From Nitrososphaerota archaeon (GTDB lineage Archaea > Thermoproteota > Nitrososphaeria > Nitrososphaerales > UBA57): a stretch of DNA of 32,000 nt. The number at the start of each line of letters is the position of its first letter. The first letter of the stretch is position 1. The stretch spans positions 1 through 32,000 of the forward strand of contig VHBL01000007.1 of NCBI GenBank assembly GCA_016871995.1, read 5' to 3'. Both the position numbers and the translations under genes were made by a program. This document shows positions 15,062 through 23,697 of this stretch, piece by piece. The notes below the pieces were generated by a model. The model was not told the origin of the DNA, ran no database searches, and saw only the letters and a program-made list of their open reading frames with translations.

Positions 15062-15802
15062 ATGCTGTGTAATATGGAGGAACAGAAGCATCCACTTACA
15101 AGGCGGCAGTTCATCCAGAGGCTCAGGCGCTTGGGTTTGAGTAGGTATCAGGACAAACATCCCTTTACGGTGATACTCAACCAAGGCAAGCTGACAAAGA
15201 CGCAGCTGCAGGCCTATATTCTGAATTGGTACTATTTTGAAAAGATGATACCGCAGAAGGATGCTGGAATCATATCCAATTGCCCTATACCAGAAGTTAG
15301 AAGGATATGGGTTTCAAGGATTCTTCGCCATGATGGGTATGGCGATATTGAGGGTGCGACGGAAGGCTGGCTAAGGCTGTGCTTGGCCGCAGGGATAGAC
15401 CGTAATACTGTAATGAGGGCCCGGTTCCTGCCTGGAGTTAGGCTTGCAATAGATTCCTATGTCCAATACACAAAATCCAAAACATGGCTTGAGGGAATAG
15501 CAACATCGCTTACGCAAGTATTTCTGCCGAGACTTGTTGAAAGAAGGGTGAATGCTTTTGTGAAACATTATGAGGACTATGTTTCTCCCAAAGGTTTGGA
15601 GTATTTTATGTCCCTGCAGAATGCTGCGAAAGAGGGCAGCAAGATGGCCCTTGATTTAGTTCTTCGCTACGCTGCGACGAGAGAAGCGCAAGATATGGTT
15701 ACCAACGCTGTACTGTATATGGACGATGTCCTGTGGAGCATACTTGATGCGATATATTCTGCTTACGTTGTCAGGAGTGCATCTCTGTCAGCCTCCATAT
15801 GA
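15062..15802 (+). CDS. pqqC: PqqC-like protein (pyrroloquinoline-quinone synthase / TENA-THI4 fold)
   Basis: HPFTVILNQGKLTKTQLQAYILNWYYFEKMIPQKDAGIISNCP closely follows the PqqC N-terminal signature (hPF...G.L...ql..W..NrYyyq..IP.KDa.ilsnc). Confidence 0.65.
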   Translation: MLCNMEEQKHPLTRRQFIQRLRRLGLSRYQDKHPFTVILNQGKLTKTQLQAYILNWYYFEKMIPQKDAGIISNCPIPEVRRIWVSRILRHDGYGDIEGATEGWLRLCLAAGIDRNTVMRARFLPGVRLAIDSYVQYTKSKTWLEGIATSLTQVFLPRLVERRVNAFVKHYEDYVSPKGLEYFMSLQNAAKEGSKMALDLVLRYAATREAQDMVTNAVLYMDDVLWSILDAIYSAYVVRSASLSASI

Positions 15803-16043
15803 TCTAGTACTGTTCTACCTAAAGATCCTCAGGTTAGCCTCTGCAGACGGGGGTTACAATATGAAGCCAGAATGAATACTCCTGTACTAGTGTCCTCCTC
15901 TCCCGGCATGAGAGGGGGATGCTACGCTGTTAATTCCTTCCCTGCATTTTTTGCGATGAATTGTTGGGTAGAGTACTTTACTCGAGTAAGAGTTACTAAA
16001 ACGTATCACATGAGCAATATTTTCCGTGTTTTTGTATTTAAAC

Positions 16044-16508
16044 TCAAAAAGTCGGATTTGAATTTCCGCCTGAAAGAGCGATTTCTATTACTTTTTTTGT
16101 GTTGGACGCATTTAGTGCCTTTTCATCCATAAAGAAAATCTCCCATATGTGCCCGTCTAGGTCTTCGAAACTGCGCCCGTACATCCATCCATGGTCTTGC
16201 GACTTTCTAGGCTCTTTGCCGCCTGCATCCAATGCCAATTTTATCATCTTGTCTACCTTTGCCCTGCTTTCAATAGATAGCGCGATCAGCACCTCTGTAC
16301 TTTTCTTAGCATCAGAAACCTCCTTGTTTGTGAATGTCTTGAAGAACTTTTCAACCAAGAGCATTACGAATATGTCATCAGCGACGATCATGCACGTTGC
16401 ATTCTTATCAGTAAATTGGGGGTTAAACTTGAATCCGAGTTTGGTGAAGAACTTTATTGTCTTGTTGAGATTCTTAACAGGTAGATTGACAAATATTTGT
16501 TTTACCAT
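16044..16508 (-). CDS. VOC (glyoxalase/bleomycin-resistance/dioxygenase) family protein
   Basis: IFVNLPVKNLNKTIKFFTKLGFKF ... SFEDLDGHIWEIFFMD is typical of the VOC beta-alpha-beta-beta-beta module. Confidence 0.75.
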   Translation of the reverse strand: MVKQIFVNLPVKNLNKTIKFFTKLGFKFNPQFTDKNATCMIVADDIFVMLLVEKFFKTFTNKEVSDAKKSTEVLIALSIESRAKVDKMIKLALDAGGKEPRKSQDHGWMYGRSFEDLDGHIWEIFFMDEKALNASNTKKVIEIALSGGNSNPTF

Positions 16509-16612
16509 AGCATTTTAGAGTAGTCAATCTATAAAACTTTTGGAAAAAGTTGCCTTTTTGCAACAAAGGCCTCCCGATTCGAATTGTATGCATTACAAGC
16601 CATCTCTATTTT

Positions 16613-17572
16613 CTAATAATCAGAGAGTCTCTTACCAGATTTCTGAAGAAATATCTTTAGTTCATTCAATGTTGGCACACTACGCGCTCCTTGCTTTGTG
16701 GTCGATACTGCCGCAACCAAATTAGCAAACCTGCAAGCGTCAACAAATCTTTTCTTATCAATCAGCGCAGAAATTAGTGCAGCAGAGAATGCATCACCGG
16801 CTCCGGTAGTATCTATTGCATGAACATCAACCGGCACCTTGATTTCTTTTGTGTGGCTTTCGTTGATTATGCAGCCATCTTTTCCTAAAGTTACTACGAC
16901 AAGTCTGGGGCCGTAATCCCTGATGATCTTGAAACTTTCCTGTATGTCGTCACTATTGGTGAAGACCTTTACTTCTTCCGAATTTAATTTCAGAATAGTA
17001 GTATAAGTAAGAATCTTTCTGAACTTTTCAATGCCTTTTACCGCAAATTTGAAGCCCGGATCGAATAGAACGCTTACGCCAGTCTGTGATGCATATTTTG
17101 CGGCGACTTCAAGTATCTCTACTGCTTCGTTATTTACGATGCTATGCAATGAAAGGAACGTCGAATTTTGTATATAGTCTTTTTTTACATCGCTCTTTGA
17201 AAAGGTCGACTGCACTCCACCATTTAGATACAAAATTCTCTGGCCCTTTTTGTTGACTATGGCTATTGCCATGCTAGAGCTGTTCTGCTCTATTTTTGCG
17301 CCGCTGATGTCGACTCCTTCCCTCTTGAATTCATCAATCAGAAATTTGCCAAAGTTGTCATTGCCTATCTTTCCGATAAAGCCAGATTTTTTCCCAAGCC
17401 TGCGGACACCGACGGCGACGTTTGCAGCAGAACCACCTCCTTGCAGTTCACTTTTCTCAGTTGTTGCCTCTTGGTCGGATTTTGCAAAATCTTTTACGTA
17501 CAGCATGAGGTCTATGTTTGCTGCACCAATTGAAACTAAATCTAGCACAGTATCATCACTGACCACATGCAA
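16613..17572 (-). CDS. PfkB-family carbohydrate/nucleoside kinase
   Basis: GGGSAANVAVG (PfkB signature 1 region) and DTTGAGDAFSAALI (PfkB signature 2). Confidence 0.85.
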   Translation of the reverse strand: MHVVSDDTVLDLVSIGAANIDLMLYVKDFAKSDQEATTEKSELQGGGSAANVAVGVRRLGKKSGFIGKIGNDNFGKFLIDEFKREGVDISGAKIEQNSSSMAIAIVNKKGQRILYLNGGVQSTFSKSDVKKDYIQNSTFLSLHSIVNNEAVEILEVAAKYASQTGVSVLFDPGFKFAVKGIEKFRKILTYTTILKLNSEEVKVFTNSDDIQESFKIIRDYGPRLVVVTLGKDGCIINESHTKEIKVPVDVHAIDTTGAGDAFSAALISALIDKKRFVDACRFANLVAAVSTTKQGARSVPTLNELKIFLQKSGKRLSDY

Positions 17573-17710
17573 TAAAATCCTTACCGATGTTCATCTCAGC
17601 GGTGTCTTTGTAGTGAGCCAAGGCGCAATCGCTGATGTTAGAAGTCATTTTGGACACTTAATAAATCCAAATCATAAGTATATACCGAGCAAAACTCAAC
17701 GGGTGATTGT

Positions 17711-18652
17711 ATGGGGACCACGCATAAGGTAATTTTTGGTAATTCGCTGAACATGAAAGAGTTGCGGAGGAACAGTATTCATTTGGTAGTAACTTCTCCG
17801 CCATATTTTAACGCGCCTTTCGATTATCCAGATTTTTTCAAAACCTACAAGGATTTTCTAGCACTTATCAAAGGTATGGCGAAGGAGCTTAAACGAGTAG
17901 TCGCACCGGGCAGAGTTTGTTGCTTTGTTGTAGATGACATGCTTGTGGACGGTGAAAAGTTCCCTGTTGTTTCAGATGTTACACAAATAATGACACGATC
18001 AGGTTTCAGATATCGAGACAGAATAGTTTGGATAAAGCCCAAAGGCTATGTTAGGATTAGTCGGAGAAGCGGAGTTCTGTTGCAACATCCCTATCCGATG
18101 TATTTCTATCCTGACAACATGCAAGAAAGCATCCTTATCTTCCAAAAGGGGAAGTTTGATTATTCTTATCTTAAAACTCTGCCTGCTGAGGTCTTGGCTA
18201 GATCAAAGATAGATGTCAAGGAGTTCAATCTTACGGATGCGCCCTTTATGGTTTGGGACGACCTAAGCGGGGAGGAAAGAAAACCTATTCCAAACACGTG
18301 GCGGATCACTAATGTTCTGCCGATGAAAGGACGTTTGGAAGAGGGTGTGGCTGCCTTCCCCGGAGAAATCGCTAGACGGCTGGTAAAGCTGTTTACATTT
18401 ATTGGAGAGACTGTGCTTGACCCATTTGCAGGCTCGGGCACCACGCTCAAGGTTGCAAAAGAGTTAGGAAGGAATTCGGTTGGTTATGAAATTGATTTGG
18501 AGCTTAAGCCAGTCATCGCAGAAAAACTTGGACTTGAACAAGCTACACTTTCGAACGACGCAGTCGAGTTTCTAGAAAGAGATGATGCGGGTCATTTCCG
18601 AACCACCCTACAGGAAAAAGTGGAGCATAAAGAGAGTGTCGCTACAAGATGA
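17711..18652 (+). CDS. N4-cytosine/N6-adenine DNA methyltransferase (N6_N4_Mtase family, beta class)
   Basis: The catalytic VVTSPPYFNAP (S/DPPY) motif is N-terminal and the SAM motif VLDPFAGSGTTLKVA is C-terminal. This order is typical of beta-class amino-MTases. Confidence 0.85.
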   Translation: MGTTHKVIFGNSLNMKELRRNSIHLVVTSPPYFNAPFDYPDFFKTYKDFLALIKGMAKELKRVVAPGRVCCFVVDDMLVDGEKFPVVSDVTQIMTRSGFRYRDRIVWIKPKGYVRISRRSGVLLQHPYPMYFYPDNMQESILIFQKGKFDYSYLKTLPAEVLARSKIDVKEFNLTDAPFMVWDDLSGEERKPIPNTWRITNVLPMKGRLEEGVAAFPGEIARRLVKLFTFIGETVLDPFAGSGTTLKVAKELGRNSVGYEIDLELKPVIAEKLGLEQATLSNDAVEFLERDDAGHFRTTLQEKVEHKESVATR

Positions 18653-18841
18653 GCGCATCAGAATAACTGCTGAAATTACTGGTATAAAATATGTTCCGAA
18701 ACTTGGAAGGACGCTACACGAATTTTATATCTCATCACTGGCGGAGGCACTTTCGACAGATGTGTCGTTTTTTAGAAACGGATGATTGTACGTTAAGGGT
18801 TTATCTTGGATTTGGGCTGATTCTGGCGATGTTTTTTGTAG

Positions 18842-18916
18842 TGGGCCAGGGCGGACTTGAACCACCGACCTTCGCTGTGTAAGAGCGATGTCCTAACCAA
18901 GCTAGACGACTGGCCC
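18842..18916 (-). tRNA. tRNA-Val (anticodon TAC)
   Basis: Manual cloverleaf: GGGCCAG/CTGGCCC acceptor, anticodon stem TCGCT/AGCGA, loop CTTACAC, T-arm GGTGG-TTCAAGT-CCGCC, discriminator A. Confidence 0.9.
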
Positions 18917-18980
18917 GAGCTGAGCCAGAACTTGCATTTTCTAATAAGCATTCTAACTTCATATTTTATTTCTGCAGGTC

Positions 18981-20444
18981 TTATTTCTTTATCCTGAAGC
19001 AAAGGCGTTTGATTTTGAACTCCCCGGGTGAAAGCTTGCAGAGCCAATCATGCACCCTCTGCCTGAGCTCCACCGCTATGTCCATGGTAATGCTGAGTTC
19101 TTCATCGGTAAAGTCTCCATGCGGGCTAATTATCTTGAGAATTCCGCTTGCAAGTTTCCTGATGCTCTTTTCGTCGCGAATCCCGAGATTTCCTCCCTCT
19201 GCTGAAAGTTCTACCCTCTCGGCAATATGGTGCTGAAAGTCTTCCTTCCTTAGCTGGTTCATGACCTCGCAGAAATACTGCGAAACGAATCCGTAACTCT
19301 TTGAAAGATGCAGATCGCTCTGCATGATCTTTGGCAGTTCCCAGCCAGGGATGAATCCGTGAATCCTATCGACAAAAGCAGAATCCCGCATGCATTCAGG
19401 AATGACCCCTGAAAATTCTTCGCCAGGCAGGTTTCCCTTCACCTCTATATTACCCATGAAGACGAGCGAGCACGTGCTTCTGACGCGCTTTAGCATGCCT
19501 CTTTCAAATTCGCCACTCTCCATGTAGTCTTTCAGTTTGCCCATCATCTCCTCAGGGTTTGCGAACTCGATCTTGCTTATTTCATCGAAGACTACGCATT
19601 CCCTGACCCCTATCTCCCCCAGAGTCTTGAAGTTGCCATGATAGAATAACACTGCAGGGCTGACCTTTCCCCCTGAAAAGAGCCTTGTATAGTATGAAAT
19701 ATTCTTGAAAAGAAACGATTTGCCTGTGGCTCTTGGTCCGAGCTCCAAGACGTTTACGTTCTGCTCGACCAGCGGGATGAGCCTCGAAAGCAGAAGCAGC
19801 TTCTGCCTGCGTGAATAGACTTCTGGGTTGAGCCCTATTGTATTGATTATTGAGGACATCCACTCTTCAGTTGAAAAATGCTTCCTCTTCCCGTTGAACT
19901 CCTCTATGTTGAAAGTAGAATACTGGAGGGGTTCGAACTCGGTCATGATGATTGGGGAGTTCAGCTCCTGCTGGGTTCCGTAGTTGAACTCTGGTGAATA
20001 ATTTATTGTAGCAACTCCCCAAATGCCCGCCTCGAGAAGGTCTTTTTGCTTCTCGAGTAGGGATGCCCTGATTCTTGCATTGTAAATGCCCAGGCACGGC
20101 ACTTCGACTCTGTGAATGCCATTTTTGATATCTACGCGTACCTTGAATTCGTCCAAAAGCGTGTATTGGCCTTTAGTAAATAGCTCGTGCAGGACCCTGT
20201 CCTTCATCTTAGCTTCAGGGTAGTAGCGATTGACAAACTTGGCCATTTCTGCAAGGTCCTTGGGCTTGACACTGTCTCCGCAGAAACGCTTGATAGCAGA
20301 CTCGGCTATGAATCTTGGCAGTCTGCTAACCTCACGCAGCTCGTAAAGTTTCTTGTTGACTATCTGGTCAGGGAAGTTCCTCTTGAGCTTCGAATCTAGA
20401 AGCTCCTGAGGGCTCTTCACTGACTGGGTAATCGTGGCTGGCAC
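18981..20444 (-). CDS. BrxL-like AAA+ ATPase, short form without Lon-protease domain (TIGR02688-like)
   Basis: RRQKLLLLSRLIPLVEQNVNVLELGPRATGKSFLF...LFSGGKVSPAVLFYH...VVFDEISKI...KDYMESGEFERG...CSLVFMGNIE matches my recollection of the conserved BrxL ATPase core (ELGPRGTGKS, SGG.T.A.LF, FDE, KDYMESG.F.RG). At 487 aa it is too short to include a Lon protease domain. Confidence 0.65.
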   Translation of the reverse strand: MPATITQSVKSPQELLDSKLKRNFPDQIVNKKLYELREVSRLPRFIAESAIKRFCGDSVKPKDLAEMAKFVNRYYPEAKMKDRVLHELFTKGQYTLLDEFKVRVDIKNGIHRVEVPCLGIYNARIRASLLEKQKDLLEAGIWGVATINYSPEFNYGTQQELNSPIIMTEFEPLQYSTFNIEEFNGKRKHFSTEEWMSSIINTIGLNPEVYSRRQKLLLLSRLIPLVEQNVNVLELGPRATGKSFLFKNISYYTRLFSGGKVSPAVLFYHGNFKTLGEIGVRECVVFDEISKIEFANPEEMMGKLKDYMESGEFERGMLKRVRSTCSLVFMGNIEVKGNLPGEEFSGVIPECMRDSAFVDRIHGFIPGWELPKIMQSDLHLSKSYGFVSQYFCEVMNQLRKEDFQHHIAERVELSAEGGNLGIRDEKSIRKLASGILKIISPHGDFTDEELSITMDIAVELRQRVHDWLCKLSPGEFKIKRLCFRIKK

Positions 20445-20531
20445 TGGCTACAAGTTATGGCAGCGGTTTATTTGGCGGTGATTCGATCTCCTTTAACAAA
20501 ATTGTCAAGCTGGGCCAAGTTAGACATGCTG

Positions 20532-21539
20532 TCAATATTCGAACCTGCTTACCAGATAGTCTGACAGCTTCAGAAGTTTCTTTCCAGCTTCGCTTGGTAT
20601 CTGCAGTATCCCTGCCCTAGCCTTCTCTGCATATTCTCTGGCAAGCTTGTTGGCATATTCAATTGAGCCTGCTTGTCTGAATACTCCCTTGGCGTGGTTG
20701 ATCTTCTCTTCTCTAGGCTCTTCCTTTCCCATCAGCTTGTATATGCTCTGCAACTGCTGCTTTGAGCCATTATTGATAAGGTGCAAAACCAAGATGTTCT
20801 TCTTCCCGTGAATTATGTTGTTGAAGATTGGCTTTCCTATCTTGGACGGGTTACCCATGATATCCAGCATGTCGTCGAATATCTGGTAGGCTATCCCAAG
20901 GTTCTCCCCGATGCTGTAGAATAATTGGATATCTTCGTTGGTGCCTCTGCCGACTACTGCTCCGCAGGCTGCAGGCCCTGCCAAGAGAGCCCCGGTCTTG
21001 TTTCTGACCATTTCTATGTACTCTTCGATCGTCGTTTCGTCTTTCCTTGCAAGCTCTAAATCCAAAAATTCGCCAATGACCGTCGCCTTCGACGCAGCCC
21101 CGGCAATCTTGAGAATGTCATAAACTGCGCCTTCAGGAAGGTCAAAGTTCTTGTACTGCGAAAGTAGCGTATAGGTTTCGGATATCAAAAGGTCGCAGAC
21201 CAGTATTGCCATGACTTCTCCACTTTCTGTATGCACGGTCGGAAGGCCCCTTCTCCTGTTTGCCCGGTCTATAATGTCGTCTTGGACTAGTGCTGCCGCA
21301 TGTCCTATCTCATAGCTTACCGCCAGAGGGATAGCAGGTCTGTAATCGCCGCAGCATGCCTCGCAGGATAGGAGGCTGAGCATGGCACGTATTCGTTTCC
21401 CTTTGGAGACAGCTTTCCGTGCTATTGCATGGATCACGTAATTCTCGGGAAACAACTCTTCGATCTTGCTGTTTATTGCATCACGGTACTCTGCAAATTC
21501 CTTATCGTAGATAGCCCGAGACACGAAGTTGCCCACCAT
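20532..21539 (-). CDS. Polyprenyl (geranylgeranyl) diphosphate synthase
   Basis: First aspartate-rich motif LVQDDIIDRANRRRG and second FDDMLD, plus the KT motif GKTGALL-like (NKTGALL). Confidence 0.85.
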   Translation of the reverse strand: MVGNFVSRAIYDKEFAEYRDAINSKIEELFPENYVIHAIARKAVSKGKRIRAMLSLLSCEACCGDYRPAIPLAVSYEIGHAAALVQDDIIDRANRRRGLPTVHTESGEVMAILVCDLLISETYTLLSQYKNFDLPEGAVYDILKIAGAASKATVIGEFLDLELARKDETTIEEYIEMVRNKTGALLAGPAACGAVVGRGTNEDIQLFYSIGENLGIAYQIFDDMLDIMGNPSKIGKPIFNNIIHGKKNILVLHLINNGSKQQLQSIYKLMGKEEPREEKINHAKGVFRQAGSIEYANKLAREYAEKARAGILQIPSEAGKKLLKLSDYLVSRFEY

Positions 21540-21713
21540 TAAGCAGTATATTAGGATAATCAGATGCTTGTATTATCTTAATTTCGGCGTTCAAGCCAGA
21601 TGAACTGTTATACACGTTGTTCAGCGGATTTTATCTTATGGAAATTCAACCTGCCAAAGAATTTTATTAAAAGATTTAAATCAATGCCAAAAGGCTCGTC
21701 ATTAGGATAACAC

Positions 21714-22445
21714 ATGTTTCCAGCAGCCGCAGGTTATGACAGAGCCATTACTGTCTTCTCGCCTGACGGGAGGCTCTACCAAGTGGAATATGCCATAGAG
21801 ACTGTCAGAAGGGGAAGTTTAGCCGTAGGCGTCAAGACCAAGCAAGGCGTAGTCTTGGCAGTAGACGAGAAGCCTAGGAAGTTGCAGACATCAGGAGTCA
21901 CTCAAAAGATATTCCAAGTTGATGATCACCTTGGCGTTGCAGCTGCAGGATATATCCCAGATGCAAGAATCCAAGTAGACCAAGCAAGGGTAGTTGCCCA
22001 GAGCAACAGGCTCATTTACGATGAGCCAGTGGATGTTGAAGTTTTGGCAAAGAGGATAGCCGATCTGTCCCAGCAGTTTACGCAGTATGCAGGGGTCAGG
22101 CCATTCGGAGTTTCGCTGATAATCTCAGGCGTCGACAGAAATGGACCTCAGTTATTCTTGACAGACCCCAGCGGCAACTATGTAGGCTATAATGCAGTAG
22201 CGATAGGTGCTGGAAGCGACCAAGTTACAGAGTTCTTCGAGCAGAAATATGCAGATGACATAAGCGTAGACAATGCCTGCATTCTGGCAATAGAGGCGAT
22301 TTACCTAGTCAGCGAAGACAAGACAGGAACCAAGCATATCAAGATGGCCTTCATAGATGCTGATACGAAGAAGATGCGAAGGTTTACCGAGAAGGAAATA
22401 GAAAAGTATGCTGAAAAGGCCAAGAAGCCGGCTCCACCTAGCTAG
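21714..22445 (+). CDS. psmA: Proteasome subunit alpha
   Basis: YDRAITVFSPDGRLYQVEYA is the alpha-subunit signature. The length of 243 aa is typical. Confidence 0.95.
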   Translation: MFPAAAGYDRAITVFSPDGRLYQVEYAIETVRRGSLAVGVKTKQGVVLAVDEKPRKLQTSGVTQKIFQVDDHLGVAAAGYIPDARIQVDQARVVAQSNRLIYDEPVDVEVLAKRIADLSQQFTQYAGVRPFGVSLIISGVDRNGPQLFLTDPSGNYVGYNAVAIGAGSDQVTEFFEQKYADDISVDNACILAIEAIYLVSEDKTGTKHIKMAFIDADTKKMRRFTEKEIEKYAEKAKKPAPPS

Positions 22446-22858
22446 AGCCTCTTCCTGTGCTCAGTCCTGATGCAGGCATCCATAACGACCTCAATACCAG
22501 CAACTCTAGCCTGCTTAGCTGCTTCTTCATTTACTATCCCTAGCTGCATCCATATTGCAAGAGGCTTTTTTGTAAGATTCTTCAGCTTTATCGCATCGTC
22601 AACGACTGGAGGAACATCGTTAGGCCGCCTGAATATGTTGATAACATCAATTCTCTTTTTTAGGTCGTCGGGTATTGCCAGCAATGATGGGTATGATCTT
22701 AAACCCATGATCTCTTCCGCAGTGGGATTGACGGGAATTATTTCGTAGCCATGCTCCCTCATGTATATGGAAACTGAATGGCTTTCTTTCGATGGATCTT
22801 TTGAGAATCCTACAACAGCTATGGTCTTCATGCGCTTTAAGATCGAGTCTATGCTCAC
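22442..22858 (-). CDS. CoA-binding domain protein (YccU/YneT-like)
   Basis: IAVVGFSKDPSKESHSVSIYMREHGYEIIPVNP ... VWMQ-like IWMQLG. 138 aa. Confidence 0.8.
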   Translation of the reverse strand: MSIDSILKRMKTIAVVGFSKDPSKESHSVSIYMREHGYEIIPVNPTAEEIMGLRSYPSLLAIPDDLKKRIDVINIFRRPNDVPPVVDDAIKLKNLTKKPLAIWMQLGIVNEEAAKQARVAGIEVVMDACIRTEHRKRL

Positions 22859-22932
22859 AGAACTAATTTCATTTGAAATTATTTATCGTTTAGTGTGCAA
22901 GGTTATATTCAGCGTAGAATATGCTGTGCTAA

Positions 22933-23676
22933 ATGCGGCTCAAGGGTAAGGTTGCCATTGTAACTGGCTCAGCAAGGGGGATAGGCAGAGCAATAGCTCT
23001 GGAGTTTGCAAAGGAAGGCGCATCTGTAATAGTGAATTATTCAAAATCAAAGACTGCTGCTGAAGAGCTTGCCAAGAGCATAGGGAGCAAAGCCATAGCA
23101 GTCAAAGCTGATGTTTCAAAGAAGGAAGACGCTGAAAGATTATTGGCTTCAGCCAAGAAATTCGGAAGGCTTGACATACTTGTAAACAATGCAGGTCATT
23201 CTTCAGATAAAGTGTGGTTTGCCAAGCTTGACGATATAGATGATGTGTTATGGTATTCAGCGCTTGACATTGATCTGAAGGGGACGTTCCTCTGCTCAAG
23301 AGCCGCATCAAAGATAATGCTCAAGCAGGGCTCTGGAAAGATAGTCAACGTTTCGTCCATACCTGCGCTCGTCGGCGACGAAAGAGGTCTAGTGTATACA
23401 GTCGCTAAAGCTGGCGTGCTGGGGCTTACAAAGGCTCTAGCGAGGATGTTGGCACCGAAGATTCAGGTCAACGCAATGGTTCTCGGGAGTATCAAGACTG
23501 GATGGATAGACTGGCTAGACAATAAGGAGCTCGATGAAATAATGTTAGGAATACCGCTGAAGAGGCTCGGGAAGCCAGAAGACGTGGCTAAGTTGGCAGT
23601 GTTTTTGGCAAGCAGTGATTCCGATTTTATCACCGGGCAGAGTGTAGTAATCGACGGCGGAGAAACTATGTCCTAG
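22933..23676 (+). CDS. Short-chain dehydrogenase/reductase (FabG-like)
   Basis: TGSARGIGRAIA (TGxxxGIG), NNAG, and the catalytic YTVAK (YxxxK). Confidence 0.9.
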   Translation: MRLKGKVAIVTGSARGIGRAIALEFAKEGASVIVNYSKSKTAAEELAKSIGSKAIAVKADVSKKEDAERLLASAKKFGRLDILVNNAGHSSDKVWFAKLDDIDDVLWYSALDIDLKGTFLCSRAASKIMLKQGSGKIVNVSSIPALVGDERGLVYTVAKAGVLGLTKALARMLAPKIQVNAMVLGSIKTGWIDWLDNKELDEIMLGIPLKRLGKPEDVAKLAVFLASSDSDFITGQSVVIDGGETMS

Positions 23677-23697
23677 TCGAGCAGTTCAGGGTACAAT

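Noticed and set aside
15872-16132. 86-aa ORF in the gap between the PqqC-like and VOC genes.
   Set aside because: Its 3' part overlaps the VOC gene on the opposite strand. Its sequence is low-complexity with no motif. The region more likely holds terminator or promoter hairpins (cctctc-ccggcat-gagagg, and gtactttactc/gagtaagagttac).
16551-16590. ggcctcccgattcgaattg resembles a tRNA T-loop/acceptor fragment and could mark an old att site. The adjacent gcctttttgcaacaaaggc forms a hairpin.
   Set aside because: Similarity to the tRNAs in this window is limited to the near-palindromic gattcgaa octamer. There is no complementary T-stem or matching acceptor strand. The hairpin is more simply a terminator between the PfkB and VOC genes.
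16099-17732. Long antisense ORFs 16099-16518 and 17250-17732. Similar shadow ORFs occur inside other genes, for example 364-558, 5044-5454, 13097-13427, 18166-18450, 23859-24263, 27306-28139, 28674-29015, 29367-29669 and 30823-31189.
   Set aside because: Each lies fully or mostly antisense to, or out of frame within, an ORF with clear family motifs. Their translations are low-complexity (Ser/Leu/Pro/Cys-rich) shadows.
18636-18785. A ~50-codon reading frame (GTG start) just after the DNA methyltransferase (SLQDERIRITAEITGIKYVPKLGRTLHEFYISSL...), considered as a truncated cognate restriction enzyme.
   Set aside because: There is no recognisable nuclease motif. It is too short, has no ATG, and overlaps the MTase 3' end. 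I cannot tell it from chance ORFs without homology searches.
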